DNA from: Stylophora pistillata
Taxonomy: Eukaryota
NCBI RefSeq assembly: GCF_002571385.2
Contig: NW_019217788.1
Location: 1,430,087-1,494,086, forward strand
Direction: 5' to 3'
DNA: 64,000 bases
Positions 63,979 through 64,000 of the stretch are shown here, in pieces. Position 1 is the stretch's first letter, and every line of letters starts with the position of its first letter. Both the position numbers and the translations under genes were made by a program. The notes below the pieces were generated by a model. It was not told the DNA's origin, ran no database searches, and saw nothing but the letters and a program-made list of their open reading frames with translations.

Positions 63979-64000
63979 TTATAATATAAGGGACAAAATG

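Overview
Eukaryotic (metazoan) genomic DNA, AT-rich and full of MITEs; the repeat content and proteins suggest a stony coral or other anthozoan (inference). The main feature is a complete minus-strand synapsin gene (12 coding exons, 60060 to 13534, about 424 aa), reconstructed by hand from GT-AG junctions. Its 36.8-kb intron 5 (19481-56295) contains a tandem array of five two-exon TIMP (tissue inhibitor of metalloproteinases) genes on the opposite strand. This is the Syn-Timp nesting known from vertebrates and Drosophila, but expanded five-fold. The paralogs differ at the inhibitory N-terminus: two are canonical (C-S-C), one has C-W-C, one probably keeps an N-terminal extension, and one (TIMP-B) has lost all four cysteines of the inhibitory ridge while keeping an intact ORF. 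Left of synapsin are a 676-aa low-complexity ORF and two convergent ORFs sharing an unnamed motif. Also present are a Penelope-like GIY-YIG remnant with hammerhead-like motifs, Harbinger/hAT/Merlin-like non-autonomous elements, a nested foldback, and a likely assembly duplication around an N-gap.
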